From assembly GCA_008632985.1 (NCBI GenBank), contig QPGO01000138.1, positions 1 through 64,000 on the forward strand: a stretch of 64,000 nucleotides of DNA, in the 5' to 3' direction. This stretch comes from Psammoneis japonica (Eukaryota). The notes under the pieces were generated by a model, which saw nothing but the letters and a program-made list of their open reading frames with translations, did no database searches and was not told the DNA's origin. This document shows, one piece after another, positions 13,902-28,900 of the stretch. The translations under genes and the position numbers were made by a program. Positions within the stretch are counted from its first letter, which is position 1; each line of letters starts with the position of its first letter.

Positions 13902-15634
13902 ATGTCGCCACCCAAGCGAGAACGGAAATCACGCGACCCTCCGTCGCCCAGGCCGGTTCTGGATCGGCTACAACTCATCAAGGCCTTGGAGGATGCGGAT
14001 ATTACTCTCAAGTCGGGTCAATTGGATCTCTTTTACCAGCTCCTGCACCGACAACACTACCCTCCTCTGAATAAGTTTGTTGAAACATATTACCAAAATG
14101 AAAAACGAGCAGGCGAAAACAACCCACCACCAAACACGAGCATGCCACTCAAGAACCCCGTCTCGGCCAGGAGAAAAAATACTGGAAAGCAGCTTCCTAA
14201 AAAGCTTTTGGATTTTCTCGTCGATCCAAAGAACGACTTTTGTACAATCACATCCAGTGTCGAGAGTCTTTGCGCCAGTGCCGACGGTACCACCACAAAA
14301 TTGTTGATTCGATTGCATGATGGACACGTGGTCGAATGCGTCATTATGAGATATGTCAATGACAAGAATAGTCGTGCTACACTCTGTGTCTCATCACAGG
14401 TGGGTTGCGCCATGGGTTGTACATTTTGCGCAACAGGAACCATGGGAATACGAGGCAATTTAAGTTGCGGAGAAATATTGGAACAACTGGTCCATGCGGG
14501 TCGCGTCTTGGCGCAGGACTCCGTGTCTGCGCAAAAGAATAAAGACCACCGTATTGTGAGAAATGTTGTATTCATGGGCATGGTGAGTTTGGTTTTGCAG
14601 GCTTGTTTGCTATGGCATGTAGAGTACTTGGGACTTACCTGAACCATTCTTTTCACGTCTTGAAGGGCGAACCACTCAACAATTACGCAAATGTCGTGGA
14701 AGCGTGTCGTAGTCTCATTGATCGAAAACGATGGAATCTTGCGCATGGACGAGTGACGGTATCGACGGTTGGTGTCACGCCCAAAATGAGAAACTTGACT
14801 CGTGACTTGCCCGAGGTGTCGCTTGCGCTGAGTCTGCATGCACCCAACCAAGAAATGAGAAGCGCCATTGTACCAGCGGCCAAGAATTATCCCATCCAAG
14901 GACTCATTGATGCACTTGACGCTCACATGATGGCTGGAACGAGTACTCAGAAGAACAAAAAAGATGCTCGTGTCAAGGCTAGCAAGAGAAAGCGAGCCAT
15001 GATTGAATATGTAATGCGTAAGTATGACTTGTCTGGCGATAATGTATGCAGCTTTGGTCGCTTTTGTCTCAACTCTTGATGTGTCTTTTTTGTAGTGGAG
15101 GGTGACACATCGTCTTTTGAATGTGCACATCAGCTGGGAAAGCTTTGCGAGAATCGACACTTGGTTGTCAACCTGATTCCATACAACCAGACAGACGTCA
15201 AGGACAAGTTAAAATGTCCCAGCGAGGAGCACATGAAGGAATTTCTTCGCATCGTATCAAGTTATGGAGCTTTCTGCACAATACGCCGAACCATGGGTGC
15301 CGATATCACTGGCGCATGCGGTCAGCTAGTTGTAAAACAAGAAAAGAAGGATGCTGTTCAAGGCACTGTGAAAGATATTGAAGATGGACCGTTCGTGACG
15401 ACTGCCACCTCTTCGCCGAATAACCGAGATCGAGGAATGAAGAATCCTGTGGGCGAGCAAGGCGGAGATTCCTCTTCTGCTCCTTCAGGAGATCGAGAAG
15501 ACGATCACAACATGGGTGCAAAGGACGGCAGCGCTTCAAAGTGGATACGACCCTTAGCGATTGCAACTTCTGTTGCCGCCTCTTGCTTCGTAATCTCGTC
15601 GCTTGTCTTGCTTCAACGAAGGCGTAGTCGATAA
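13902..15634 (+). CDS. rlmN: RlmN/Cfr-family radical SAM RNA methyltransferase; exons 13902-14582, 14666-15017, 15096-15634
   Basis: TLCVSSQVGCAMGCTFCATG (CxxxCxxC), NVVFMGMGEPL, VTVSTVG, LSLHAP, VNLIPYN, GADITGACGQL. Confidence 0.9.
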
Positions 15635-16072
15635 ATGCGTGGGAGCCCCTTTATAAACAAATTCTATATTGCTGAGTTATGAATTACTAAGATGTAGCGG
15701 AAGGTACAATACATTGGAGGCTAACAGTATCTCGGTTCGAGCCGAGCGCTAGCCGAGAAGAACTGTCAAAATTCATTGTGAGAATTCAAAATAGGATCAA
15801 CCGTAAAGCTAAACATGGGGGGTGCCGTACACACGAGTAGCTCCGAATTCAATTCCTGCCCAACCATTTACTGAAAAGTGTTGACCTTTGGCTTTTTAGC
15901 TTGATTCGTGTCTCTCGCACAAGAAAAAATGAAACTTTCAGCTTTTCGTTTCAATTTTTGTTCCTTTCTCACATGTCGTCGACGAAGCAGCTTCCGGGAA
16001 AGAATAAACGGTGATTCATCGTCGGCTAAAAGAAAGAGTACCAACGACAAATGTTATTCCTGACTAAAAATA

Positions 16073-16486
16073 TCAATTTGAGTCAATAGTCGAGGTTGAT
16101 ATTAACTTACATGAGCCGGCATCATCTTCGCTGTCGCTTTCTAATGAAATGGAAACGTGGTTCATTCGTGCTGTTGGCCTTGGCGGCTGCGGTGGATGGA
16201 TACGCGTCCCACTATCAATCTCTGTATCAGAGGTCGTGTTTGAAGATTGTGTTTGTTTGTTTGACTCTCCCTTCCTTTGCGCGTGTTTCGATACATCGCT
16301 CAATTGTAGTGCGTCCATCTCGTTGCGTCTGCTTACGTCCCCCATCATTGAGTGGTGAATCATGTTCTCCTGTTTTAGGTTTTCTACAAGAGCTTTGACC
16401 GTTGACCCACGGCACTGAGAGGCAGCGGCTCTATTATTTAATGAGGAGTCGTAATTTATTTGGGAAGGGAAAAGGTAAAGCTTCAT
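16073..16486 (-). CDS. Possible hypothetical protein
   Basis: Open frame from ATG at 16486; no motif recognised. Confidence 0.2.
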   Translation of the reverse strand: MKLYLFPSQINYDSSLNNRAAASQCRGSTVKALVENLKQENMIHHSMMGDVSRRNEMDALQLSDVSKHAQRKGESNKQTQSSNTTSDTEIDSGTRIHPPQPPRPTARMNHVSISLESDSEDDAGSCKLISTSTIDSN

Positions 16487-16979
16487 GCCGTTCGTCGTTG
16501 GGTCTGGGTGTCGTTTGATTAAAAAATGTGAGCAAAAATGTCGTTGCAGTCGTGACAAGCCGTTATCCCTAAGAAATGCAACATTTAAAAGGCTTTCGTG
16601 TACGATAAAAAATAATACTGCTGTGGGACTTGTATTCGAACGAACTATGGCCCTTCCTTTTGAATTCATATTTTATGCGCGTCGTTGAATAAGGATTATA
16701 GATAAATAAATGCATCATTAGTATATGCACAATTGAATAGACATTTTTTGTTGCTCTGATCCTTTGAATTTGAAAATTCAAAAACAAAAAGACATTCAAA
16801 TCAACGGGATCTCGTTTTCCTTTAGAAAGAGTGTTTCATGGTCGCGTGGTGTCTACAGTAGGTGTTGCTGCCAGTTTGACGAAGGGCTCTTCCTCTAGAC
16901 TGTATGGATAGTCTAGCTAGAGTCTCTCTATATTATAGATCTATATTAAAATTTCTCGTACCGTGTAATTCATTCCAGA

Positions 16980-19900
16980 CTAATGAGTTTGACTGTTGAC
17001 CTGCGACAACATCTCGAACCATTGCTTCAGAGCATCTCCTAATACCTCGGGCAACGACGTCATATCCTCGAGAACCATGTAGTACGGAAAGGGATAGTCG
17101 TCCATGAATTGTCTGACTTTGGGTTTGCCATTCTCGAAGGACACCTCCTTCATGTCAATGATGCTTTCTCTCTTTTGATCCTTGATCCGTCCTTCACCTT
17201 CCACAATAATCATCACAATAAGGATGGACCTTTCGGTCATTTCACGAATAAGTCTCCTCAATTCTGCTCGGCTGTCTCGCTCAATTCGACCATCGCTAAT
17301 CATGAAGACGAGCTGCATTGACGCATTGTTCGCATTGGATTCGAGTACCGACAAGGCGCTTTCGAGACAAAGGGCTGTGCGAGTGCGTTTTTGGTCGAAT
17401 CTGAAGTTTCGTACGAGGTTTGCGCCACTTTCTGGAGTAAAAACGTGACCAAAGGGATGGAGAAATCGCATGTCTTCGCCAAAACTTGCTACTCCCAGGT
17501 CACCTACTTCTAACTGGCTCATACCTACTGCAAGTGAGGCCATCGCCCTCAAAGCCATCTCTCCAGCACCACTGGCCTTCATACTCTCGGAATCATCGAC
17601 AGCTAGCATTACCCGGTAGTCACGCTTGGCGGGTTTTGTCCTTCGCAGCCATATCTTATCCTTCCTATAGCCGCTTGCCATGTACCCAATGACTCTCTTC
17701 ATATTGATTCTCTTGCCTGTTCGATAGTCTCCACGCAGCTTAGTAGCGACAAGTGGCTCCATCACTAGCCGGAGCTTTTCGCACAACCGCCTTGATAGGT
17801 TCTGCGTGTCCGACTGTATTTCAGACCAGCGTCTACGGTCATCTGCGGCTTCGGACAGAGATGTACTGACAGCATGCTCTTCTTCGGTCAGTTCTCCATG
17901 ATTGACTGATGCGTGCGGCAGCTCATCATCTCGTACTCGCAGTTGTGACATGTCGCTTACCACTCGATTCCCATTTGAGAGGTCCTCATCTTTTCCGTCT
18001 TGCGTATCGGTTGAGTCCGACCCGTTCATTTGTTCGTCAACCGCAACCTCTTCTTCTCCGTCTTCTTTTAGTCCGTCATCTATCTCTTTCTTGCCACGCA
18101 CTCCGCTCGATTTCATACCTTCCTGCATAGATTTTTTCTGCTCGCTATTTTCTGATTTGCTCGTGTTTTTCGAATCCGCTGCTTCCGTTGTAGAATCATC
18201 ATCGGTATCGTCGTCCATCTGCTCGAGCTCAATGGCCTGTTCCTCCTCGGCAGCACCCAGAACCTGCGAAGTACTATTCTGCTGTTCATTTGCGAACTCG
18301 TGCTCTCCAGAATTTGGCTGGTCTTCGTCCACAACACCATTATTTTCGTCGTCCATATTATCGGAATCTCCTCCGTTGTCATGGTTCATATTTAGTTTCT
18401 TTTGCCAAAACTTAGTCGCGTCCCCTGGATCGCGAAATGGGTTTGGCGCTTTGAAGGAACTCTCCGTTTCCTGCTTGCCTTCATTCTTCTCAGTAGATGC
18501 ATTCTGCACGCCTTCGCCGCCTTCTCCACCATCTATTCCTTGCCTTTGTTGACTCTGTGGTGCTTCACATCCATCTTCAGAATCTTCCCCTGCAGCTCCT
18601 TCGTTGGTATCGTTATGCGCTTCGTCTTCTTCTTGGGTCGCTCCTTCGGCAACTCTGTCTGCTCCATCATTTGCACGAACTCCGTGAGCCTCTTGTTGGG
18701 CCTTCGATTGATCCGGAGTGGCGGTATTCTCCAGGCTTTCTTTTCCTTCATCATTTTCATTGCCATCAACTTCATCCTCGTCCAAACCGTTTAGTGTCGT
18801 CGGTGCATCATCTGCCTTCAACTCTTCCTCGTTCGTGTCACTCTCGTCTCTATCGCCAGCGACGTCCGATCCTCCTTGCTCGCTATCGACCTCTGCTTCT
18901 GCTTGTTCTTCAGGTGACTGACTCTCCTCAGCCTTACTATCCAGATTGCCATCAATACTTTCGGCATCGCCTTCATTATCATCTTTATCAAGCTGCAAGT
19001 CATCGTCTAGATCCATTTCGGTTTCATCCTCTTCGTCGCCAAGATTTTCCTGGTCGTCTCTGACGTCTACTCCGTTAGCTCTGTCTTCGTAGTGGTCTTC
19101 GAAGTCGTCATTGACTTTGTTGTCGCCTTCATCTGTTATATGTTGCTCCTCTTCAAGATTGCTCTCGCCGTTTTGGTCAGCATCAACGTGTTCGCTATCC
19201 TCTGCAGCACTGTCTTTCTTGCCATCCACTTCATCTTCTTTTGTTCTGACCTCGTCCCCCGCTTCACCTTTCACGGCGCTGTCTTTCTCGAACTTTTCTT
19301 CGCTAGGATTTGTGTCGTCTTCGTCGTCACTCTCATTCCACATTCTCTCGTCGACAATTTCTTCATTTGGATCGTCACCATCACCCATCTCTCGATCGAG
19401 CTCCTCCTCATTCTCTTCATTCTCGTGACTATCATCCTTGTCATTTTCCGGAAGATCATACATGCTGCCGTCAAATTCCTGCTCCATCTCCATTCCCTGC
19501 TCGGCTTCCTCGTCGTTCAGCTTCTCTTGCTGATTTTGTACATGATCAGCCTTTTTTTCATCATCCCCTTTTAGCCCAAGCAGCTGTTCCTCGCTCTCAA
19601 GCTGGTCGGATACGTCCTTCTTTCCTTCTCCCTCTCCCATACCAGTTCCATTCTGATCGTCAGTGAAGTCCATGCCGCTCACATCGCCGTCTTCACCATT
19701 AGCTGCATCAGAAATCTTGTCATCACAGAATCCGCTAGCAACAAGTACGCGAAATAAACGAATCATAATATAATGCAATTTTGCCGTGCTCCGAAAAAGA
19801 TGTACATATTCGCCTATTCGCTCTACCACAGTCCGCATGAATTCGATTGTAAAATAGCGAAGATCGGAGCTCAACCGAACACAGCAAGTACGGACGTTGT

Positions 19901-22900
19901 CTGATATCGGATCTGTGTCGTGCAACTGCCATAAACAATCGCGGACTCGCACAAGAGCATCGTTTAAGCCTTCCAAACTTATTGATGCCCATTCCCGCAA
20001 TGCCTTGTTGTGACAGTCCAATATGCGTCCCGAGACGTCGCCATTATCACTCGAGGAGCCTCTGGTATTCTCTTCTTTGTCACTTCTGTCAAGTTCCTGA
20101 ACAGAAAGCAAAACTCTCTTTATGGTCGCAGAAGCAGCGTCCGCAAAACCAACAGCCGAAGCGTCCTTGGATTCATAAGTTGCTGGGTTATTTCTGACGG
20201 CGCAGGCCACAGCTGATTTTAGCGCCCGGTCGATTTCAGTGCTGCATATCCCAAAGATGTCTCTTGGCAAGCATCCTAGACGCACGCATGTTGCCTTGCA
20301 ATCCTGGACACGTTGCCTCACGTCTCCTAATACACGCCGAGCTTCCTCGACACACTTCAAGTCTCTCCACGTTACGACGTGGACAGATTCCGAGAAAGAA
20401 GTGAGAAGGCTCATGGATGACGCACACGACTCAATTATTGTTACAACGTCTTGCACTGCGCTCGCTTCTTCGCTATCTTCAACCAATGGCTTGACAGAGC
20501 GTAGAAGAAGTAGTAACTGCTGAAGATATTCTAGAGCAGTGGCGAAGTCGTTGTTGAAGTCTTTCAACGATGCTCGAAGAGACGACTGAAGCAAAGGCAA
20601 ACTATCACCGAGGTTCGCAAAGGACTGAAGTGTTTCCTGGAGGATATCGGCGTCCAAGAGAATCCTCGTGAGAGTACAACGCTGCTGACAAAGCAGGAGT
20701 AAACTGTGCTCACTGAAGCTTAACATCAGCTGCATTTCCCGCTGACTCATGTGTGAACTCCCGAAAGTCGAAATCTCAGACCGTAGACGACGGACTTCCA
20801 TTAAATTCCTCTGAAAATATTTCTCTCCGCCTTCTAGCTGTTTCTGCTCATCTCCGGAAAGAAGCCCTGAGGAGTCTTGGGGAAAGCTGGGAAGTTGCAG
20901 CAAGTGGAACATTTCTCGAATTTCCTTCGGTAAGGAAAACTTCGTTGTCACGTACCCCTGCTCTTTCAGGTGCTTAAAAAGATCAAACAGTGCTCGTTGC
21001 TTCATGGGCTTCGTTGTCTTGTCGGCCCTTAACGATTCAAGCCGATCAAAAATCCTCGAACACAAGCTCGACGTTAACTCCATACAGACCTGCGTTGACG
21101 ATTTCTTGCTTTCTCCGAGAATCGTGACCAACCTCTTGTAGAAATGCTTCATTCGATAGAGGTAACTTTGGTTGTTGGTATCGATTGCACTCGGAATAGT
21201 CCAGTCTCTAGTCGCATTTCTAGCTTTGTCCCTTTTCACAGGTGAAGGCGGGGAAATTCCTCGATCGCCGATTGGCGGAAACATCATTGCATGAGGAGGA
21301 ATTGAAGTGCAAGGATCAGACCCGTTGCCAGTCGAATCCGAATCCTTGCGCACCCCAAGGCAGCAATGCTTCTCAATGAGGTCGCCAACACTCAATTCAA
21401 GGACTGCGTCGTACTCACGCAAGAACTTCATCAGCTTTCGATGGTTTTTTTCGCTTGACTCCGCCAGTGAATAGTATGACTGCTCATCCCATTTTGCCAG
21501 TTTCACCTCATCCTTCAAGCGCTTCTCAATTGGATTTCGAAGCTCATCCTTTTTGCTTATGATAGGCGTCACAAACTGAGCGTAGTAGGACCAGAGCGAT
21601 AAAAGAGATCTTGAAACTTGAAGCCGCCGCATCTTGTCGACACCAGAACGGCTACAACTCGAGTGCATTTGGTGAAACAAGGATTTGACAAGGTTCAAGC
21701 GCTCGTTGAATTCGCCTATTACCGACGTCAACAAAAAAGCGTCAAGAACTTCTGTAAGCTCAACTGCCCATGGGTTACTACTGTCGTCGTGACTTGAATT
21801 TGAACGACATAAGCGCGGAACATTTGCCGGACAACCCTTCCACACCCAATCCGAGCACTGGCGCTGAAATGAAGACGAAGAAAAGGACTTCGTCCCTTCC
21901 AAAGCAGGGGATCCTATCTGCGGGTCCTTTTCCTGTAATAGAGCATACAACCTTCGGAAGTGTGTCCTCGCCTTCGCAACGTGAGATTTCTCACGCACAC
22001 TTAGCAAGCAATGCCAACTCTGTAGTTCGAGCTTACGCCAGGCAGCGACAACCGAGCTTACTTCCTGGAGAGGACGACCAAGTTTGACTCGATCACTTGC
22101 ATGCTGCTCCCAGTCCTGTGCTTTTCTCAGGATAAGCTCTAAGCCCGTCATAACCTTTCCGACGGGGACCAATGACAAATCCATCTTCATCACGTGCTCG
22201 GCGACTTGCCCTATAGCAATAAGCATGAAATTGCCGGGGAATGCGGTCAACAGTTGGGAGGTGCGTGCTACCAACCGTTGAAGAGGAACTGCTGCTCTAA
22301 GGACTTCCTGTGGATTAGGATCCTTGTGAAAGTCAACCATATCAGGCAACTCTTCGACGAATCGATTCTTCCATCCAGCACTAAGCGCCAGAGCCATCAC
22401 GTGAGCTCCCGATGTTTCATAACAGTGCTGATCCCTCGGTGTCCATTCTGCAGCTTCTCCAATCAGACATGCAGCGCTGTACATAATCTGAAATGCGCGG
22501 ATGCGAGACTTGTCGTTTGCATTTTCTCGAAGAGTAAACAGATCGCGATGTAAGTCACAAAGAGTAGATATTTGTTCTCGCGAAAGCGATCGATCGAAAG
22601 TACCACCATCTGTTTCTTTCGCAACCAAATCACTGGCTATGGGAGAGTCCGATTCACTTGTGCTGTCGTTGACGATATGAGAATATTCTCCCAAGTAATC
22701 CGGAAACTGATCGCGGTAGAGAAATTCTTCGTCGTCCTGGTCTTTCTGAGACACATTGTCAGAATCATCTATTCCTGTCAAGTCAATGATGGAGCGAAAT
22801 GCATTTTCACAAGAAAAAAAAGTGGCATCATTCATGCCACCTGAACGACAGCGCTTCTGAGTATCCAGCTGACACAGAGACGCAAACAAGAGATTTAATC

Positions 22901-25900
22901 GAACCCGCCAGTCATCCCTAGCACTCAAAAAGTTGGGACCAGCATTCCATCGACTGGAAAGATCCAGTACTCTTTCATCTTCAACAGAGGACAGGCTCCT
23001 CATAGGGAACGACAAAAGGTCGCCCAGCAAAATGTGTGTCGACAGCGGAATAGTGTTACCGCCAACCATCGATAATTCTGCAAGGCGACGAAGGCCACGC
23101 TGAATATTTCTCACTGCGTTATTGAAAGGGACAATGATATCCTCGTACGGTGCAAATCTCGACGACAGTTTCGAACAAAATGATACAGCTGTCTTCTGCC
23201 AATTGAATTCCCGATTCATAGCAGCATCGATGCCTCGAGAGCACGACTTCGCGCTCCGTAACGATTCAGCCAATGACAATATATCCCCGACATCACCAAA
23301 GGCTTTTACAAATCCTTTTATCTCTCGAAAAAGATCGACAAACGGTGGAGCACTAGCTTCTCGTCCGACAATTTTCTTCCTTTGTCGCGCGCGTTTTCCC
23401 ATAGCTAACTCAGCTTCATTAAGCAAAAACGCAGCATCCGCAGAGTTTGGGGAAAACGCTCCGTTTGACAACCCACTTTCCATTCGAATTGCAGCTAGTT
23501 TCGTACGAAGCTGCTGAAGGTACCGCTCTGTGTGAGCGACTTTCTCAGCTGGTCTCTGCCCAGGGTCTAGCGGTGAGCCAGGAACGAGAAGGTGAATCCC
23601 AACGAGCCCGACATAAATGTAGCACATAGCAGTATCCTTTACACGTTCGGCACCGCCGTAGTTCATGTCCCACAAACGACCCAGGCAAGAAAGCAGTTGA
23701 AAAGTAGCGCCGGACAGAATGTCTCGTTCAACCAACTTCGCGAACTCTCCAGCAAGACGTCTTGTTTGGGCCTCATCGATCTGCTTCATCAAGGATGGAT
23801 CCTCGAGGAACGAAAGCAAACGTGTCGCCATTTGATCCAGGGCATGACCGCCAAACGGTTTTACCATGCTAACAAATGCATAGTGAATTTCGTACAGAGA
23901 ATTCTCTCGTTCGTCTCGAAGCTCAAGCGCCGATAACTGACCCATTATATTTTTCCATTGCCATACCCGAGCACGATAATTCTCCAACGTTGATATTGTA
24001 GGAGTACTACCTCCTCCAAAGTATGAATACCCTGACGCCAGTAAACGGAGAATCGCCTTTGTTCTCACTGGTCGAGAAAGCCGCGTTTGCCAAGAATAGC
24101 CGGCAGACCGCTTTGTCCTAGAAGGTCTCCGACTGCTCTGCTCACTTTCGACACACCAGACACGAGGGAAAACGAGCTGCTCTGACACCATTGACAAGTC
24201 GTTGAAGCTATTACGCCATCTGTGAACTGACGCAGAATTCATCATCAATGGGAGGAGGCACCGGAGAAGAGAGGCGTATCAATGCGCCCATCTCCGTCAC
24301 ACGCCCACAGCAAGGTCTGGTAAGGCCTCAGATCTGCGACATCCCAAAGACTATCTTCAAGCGCGACTCTAATAAAAGTCTTGACCACAGGAAGCAAATC
24401 TTGAATTCTTTCAAAGAGACATTTTGAATCTACAGAAAGCGTCAAGGCCTTACAAATCTCACCGATAATTCTTCCTTCTTCCGAAACGCACCAGATTTGA
24501 GCTATCTGTGCAGTCTGTATGAAGGCAAAGCGGAGCAGCAATTTTCCAATCAAATCAGTCCCATATGAGGAACGGGGGCTTTCTGACAGCCCTTCTCTGA
24601 GCTGTTCCAGCTTTTCTATATCAAGCGCGTTCTCGACAGTGCGGATCTCGGAATCAATCATGATTGCGCTAACCTCTGTCTCAAAAGCACGCGCTTTCCG
24701 AATTAATTCTTCTTTGAACATGATGCGCGCAGCATCGCAATCATACAGGAGAGCGTCGTTACTATTTTCTGCTCGCACCTCATTGGTGGAAGACCATTGC
24801 GCCATGCACATCGCAGCAAGTAGCTCGCGTTTATCGTCACAGGTAATGAAAAGAGAAGGATGGCGTAACTCCACCAACTTCGAGAGTTCAACGGTTTCCG
24901 GGAATACAGAATCTTCTGGGTTATCGAACTCGCTGCCGCTTAGCGATGCCAGCGTGTAAGCCCGAGAGCAAACCCGAAGGCCGTTTATTGCAGACCAGCG
25001 ACAAGCTAGCGCAGGGGTGAGGGGACGCCCTCCTCGCTTCCAGAGGATGTCGAACGGGGAAAACCCCCCATAAGAAGTGCAATACTATGCGATCGACGTT
25101 TTCAACTAGTAAATCAAGCTCACGCTTCCGACTTGCAACCTTTGGTTCGCTGTTCACATTGGGAGAAGAGCCTTCAACTAATTTTGCAATCTTTTTCTTC
25201 AGCCACAGCCACACGACAACAAATCCTCCAATTCTGAACCCAAGGACGCCTTCTGATGGTTGCGCAACAAAACGACATTCGCTCAAGAACACCATAACCT
25301 ATCCCTGAACACGATGAGCTTGAGAAAATCGTCGTACGTGTTTTCGTCTGCGTCTCGTTCCTGGTTTATTTGGCTGGAAATAATCACGCCCCATTCATCC
25401 AAAGCTTGGAAGAAGGGGTACAGAATTGGTGTAACAGGGCAAGTCACCGATGCACGGTCTATAATCCTTCAAAAAGACACCTCGAAACCTGAATCGGACT
25501 TAAGGAATAGACGCCCATGACGTCTGGTCAACGTCGCGTGACTTTTCATATTGCATTTCTTCCGCGAGATGGTAGGGCAGGTGAAGCAAAGTGAGTATCT
25601 CAATGGTCTCCCGTTTTGCAGAGCTGATCTCTTCCATTCGATTGAAAGGGGGTATGTACGAACGACAGATTTCGCCGTTTGATTTTTGCGGCGCATTTTC
25701 TTTAAGTGAGATAACATCGATCGGAGATACGTCACAGACACATCATCGTATCCTTCCAAGGCATTGAAATGAACCAATCTCGACAAGCACTTTCGAGCGA
25801 AGAGCGCCAGTAGGCAAAGTTTCAACGACACAAACTCGTCTGTCTTGGCTGGAAGCTTTGAGTATATCTCGTCAAACCTTGTTGGCGGGTTCATGATACC

Positions 25901-28900
25901 GATAGAGTCCTCAGACAAAACGGTCTCGAAGCTGCGATTTCTTTCTGAAGCAAGTTTTATCAGTCGAGCTCCAAATAACGAATGAGAAGAAGTAGGTTTA
26001 AGCGCCCATGACCTTGTAATGTGGCATTCATTGACAAGCGGGCCAGTAGTCGCCAAAGCTGCCCTTTTTAAGGACAGTTCTGACATTCGTTCTCTAGCGC
26101 CGTTTTCGTCAAGTTCGTATGAAATTTGTGTCGACATACGCAAAGACTTTAAAGAAAGCCATCCCCGACGAAGAAGACTCGACGTTAAGTAGCCCAGTCT
26201 CATCATCCTCTGAGTCGAAGGAGTGTCTGCTGACGCCTCCTGCGATTCGAAGCATGCAGCATTGTGTAGTTTCAATATCTCACTAGCAAGTCGCGACAAG
26301 CGCAAGCCAGTGCTCCAGAGAACATCCAGGCTGTCGACTACAGCAGCCGACGGAATCAATCCACTTCTGGTATTTTGCAAAGAACCAAATTCAGATTCAC
26401 CAGGAGGAATCAATGCGATCTCAACGCAACGATTTCGCATGGCACGAGAAACTTCACCTGACACCGGGTCCATTGACAAGAATATCCTAAAGTCTGGATG
26501 AGGTTTGACCACACGCTGTCCTACATTGTCATCCGATGCGTCGTTTTCGTTCATGCTGCATTCTGCGAGCAAAAGCTCTCCACCTTGCTCCAACAGTGGA
26601 TTGAGACGATCCAAAACAGACGAAGGACAAAGATTCGCATTCTCGAGGAGAAGCCAGTCGCCATTAAGCATAGCAGTAACTAAGACACCGTCCACCCAAC
26701 GGAAATGATTCTCGCTTTGTCCATTCAACGAAGGTAGATGCTTCTCGGCCAAGTCTACGTCCCGAAGGAGCGACGATATCAAGGACGCACATGACGGTGC
26801 GAAGCTGCCGCTGGCTGCAATGGCATCGGACGAAAGGTGTAGAAACTGACGGCAGATCGCGAGCGATTGCTGCAAAGACGTTGGCAGATTCGCATAAGAG
26901 CTAGTTGCTACTTGGAACAAATAATAGCATTCATTGATGCGATCAAGAAGACGGAGCTGACGCGGATTCTCGACAAGAGACTCAGAAGCCGCTGCATAAA
27001 GTAAGTGAATGGAATCAAAAATACTTTTTCGGAGTTGTTCGCTGTCCACCTGCTCAAAGCTGCCTACCAATTCATTGACGTCTGATGCGGGCGTCAGTGC
27101 AACTTCGACCAGTCGGGCGTTGGTCAATTCAGCCAGACCCCTGAGAAGATTTGTCTTCCCACTAGTTGACGGACCAACGACAAGACAAGGCCAATTCATC
27201 CCAACGCAACGTGCCACTGTCTCCATCGGCTGATTGAGTACCCGTAGAATCGGTGTCTCAATCCCTGCACTCGGTACATCTGTCAGCAGTGCTGATGTTT
27301 GTCTTCTTGGCAACACGGCAGACCCGATAGTAACAGCCTCCTTGGTGATATGAAAATGAAAACCGACAGAGGAGGCCATCTCTACACCAAAACAGCTCTC
27401 GTAGCGCCTTCTCAAAAATTCTCGATCCTCTTTCGTTCGGAATCGTTGAAAATATAGGTCGCGAGCAAAGCGACTAATCATCTCCGAATCTTCCGAGCAA
27501 CCCGTCCTAGAGACTAGCTCGCACCAACGAAAGACATCACGCAGGTTGAATTCCCAGGGACTTCCAGCTGCCCCATACTCGTGATTCTCAACAACATCTT
27601 GGTGAACAGCATTGTTGAACTGAATCATCGACTTCACAATAGAGAGCGGGATAGAATCGAATCGGGAAGAAACAATACTGTGGAGGTCCTCTTGTGTATG
27701 TGGCTCTACATAAACCTTCGTAAATCGATTCAAAAAGGATTTTGGCAGCCCCTTTCGTCCACCACCTTGTGCCAATGGATTTTGGGCGGCAAACACTCTA
27801 AAGGTTGAGGGACAGCCAAAGCTCTGCCCGAGCTCAGGAATAAACACGCTTGCTCGATGATCAAGGCAGCTATTCAAGCCTTCCAGAACAGTTTGAGAAG
27901 CAAGATTCAGCTCATCAAGGAGCACCCAATCCCCGCGTTTGATAGCACGCAAAAGTGCTCCGTCACACCACTTGAACGTGGGCCCTACGGGTGCCCCAGA
28001 GCCCCCTTGATTCAGTTCAGTGTCGTTACTTCCGGTAACGCCATTACCACCACCATCTGGAAGAGGTAGGTCACTACCAAACAAGTCGGAAATATCCGTT
28101 TGTTCGGAAAGATTGATTCTAACAAGTTTGTGTCCAGATACTTCGGCAAGGGCGGAAATGAGGCTGTCAATGGAAACAAATGAATACACCGACGGTGAGC
28201 TTCATCAGAAGATACAAAAATCCAGATAGAAAAACCGACCTGGTTTTCCCTACTCCCGGGGAACCTTCCAGTAACAATGGCTTTTTGAGTTGCATAGCCC
28301 GCAGTACTCTCATCATGTTCACGGCAGTGGTTGGAGCATCAAAGTTGAATTCACACCGAGGGACAGGCTCTGATCCGAGAGGGATGCTGAAAGGGTGAAC
28401 ACAAAAATTGTCTTGAGTGACTGCATGACGAGTCGCCCTATACTCTTCACTTCCGAGAGAAGAAAGCTCAGCAGGGATTTGGCAGCTGATAAAATTGTTT
28501 GCACGATCTTTCGTTACGTCAGCATCCTCTCGCGATAGCGCCGTCCCAAGTCCTAGGCCATCGAGATGCATTAGGCATGCTCCGTGCCTATAAGCATCCC
28601 ATACACCCACGTCCGTATCTGAACCAACAACATCAACGATGAAACGCGCCCATGCAAGCACATCACGAAGCGAAAGAGCAAAATCAGTAAATGACGAAGA
28701 AGCATTATCGCATACTTCTCCGTTGAACCACTCGACATATTCCAGTATTTTCCGTCGAACGGCATCAAAGTATTCGGTATCAACACATTCAAAAGACACC
28801 CCTCCTACTCTCGAAGCAAGCGTCCATTCTAGGACTAAGTCTACATCTTGATGATCTGTAACAGCAGGAACCCATATTTCAGTGAATCGACTTCGCAGCG

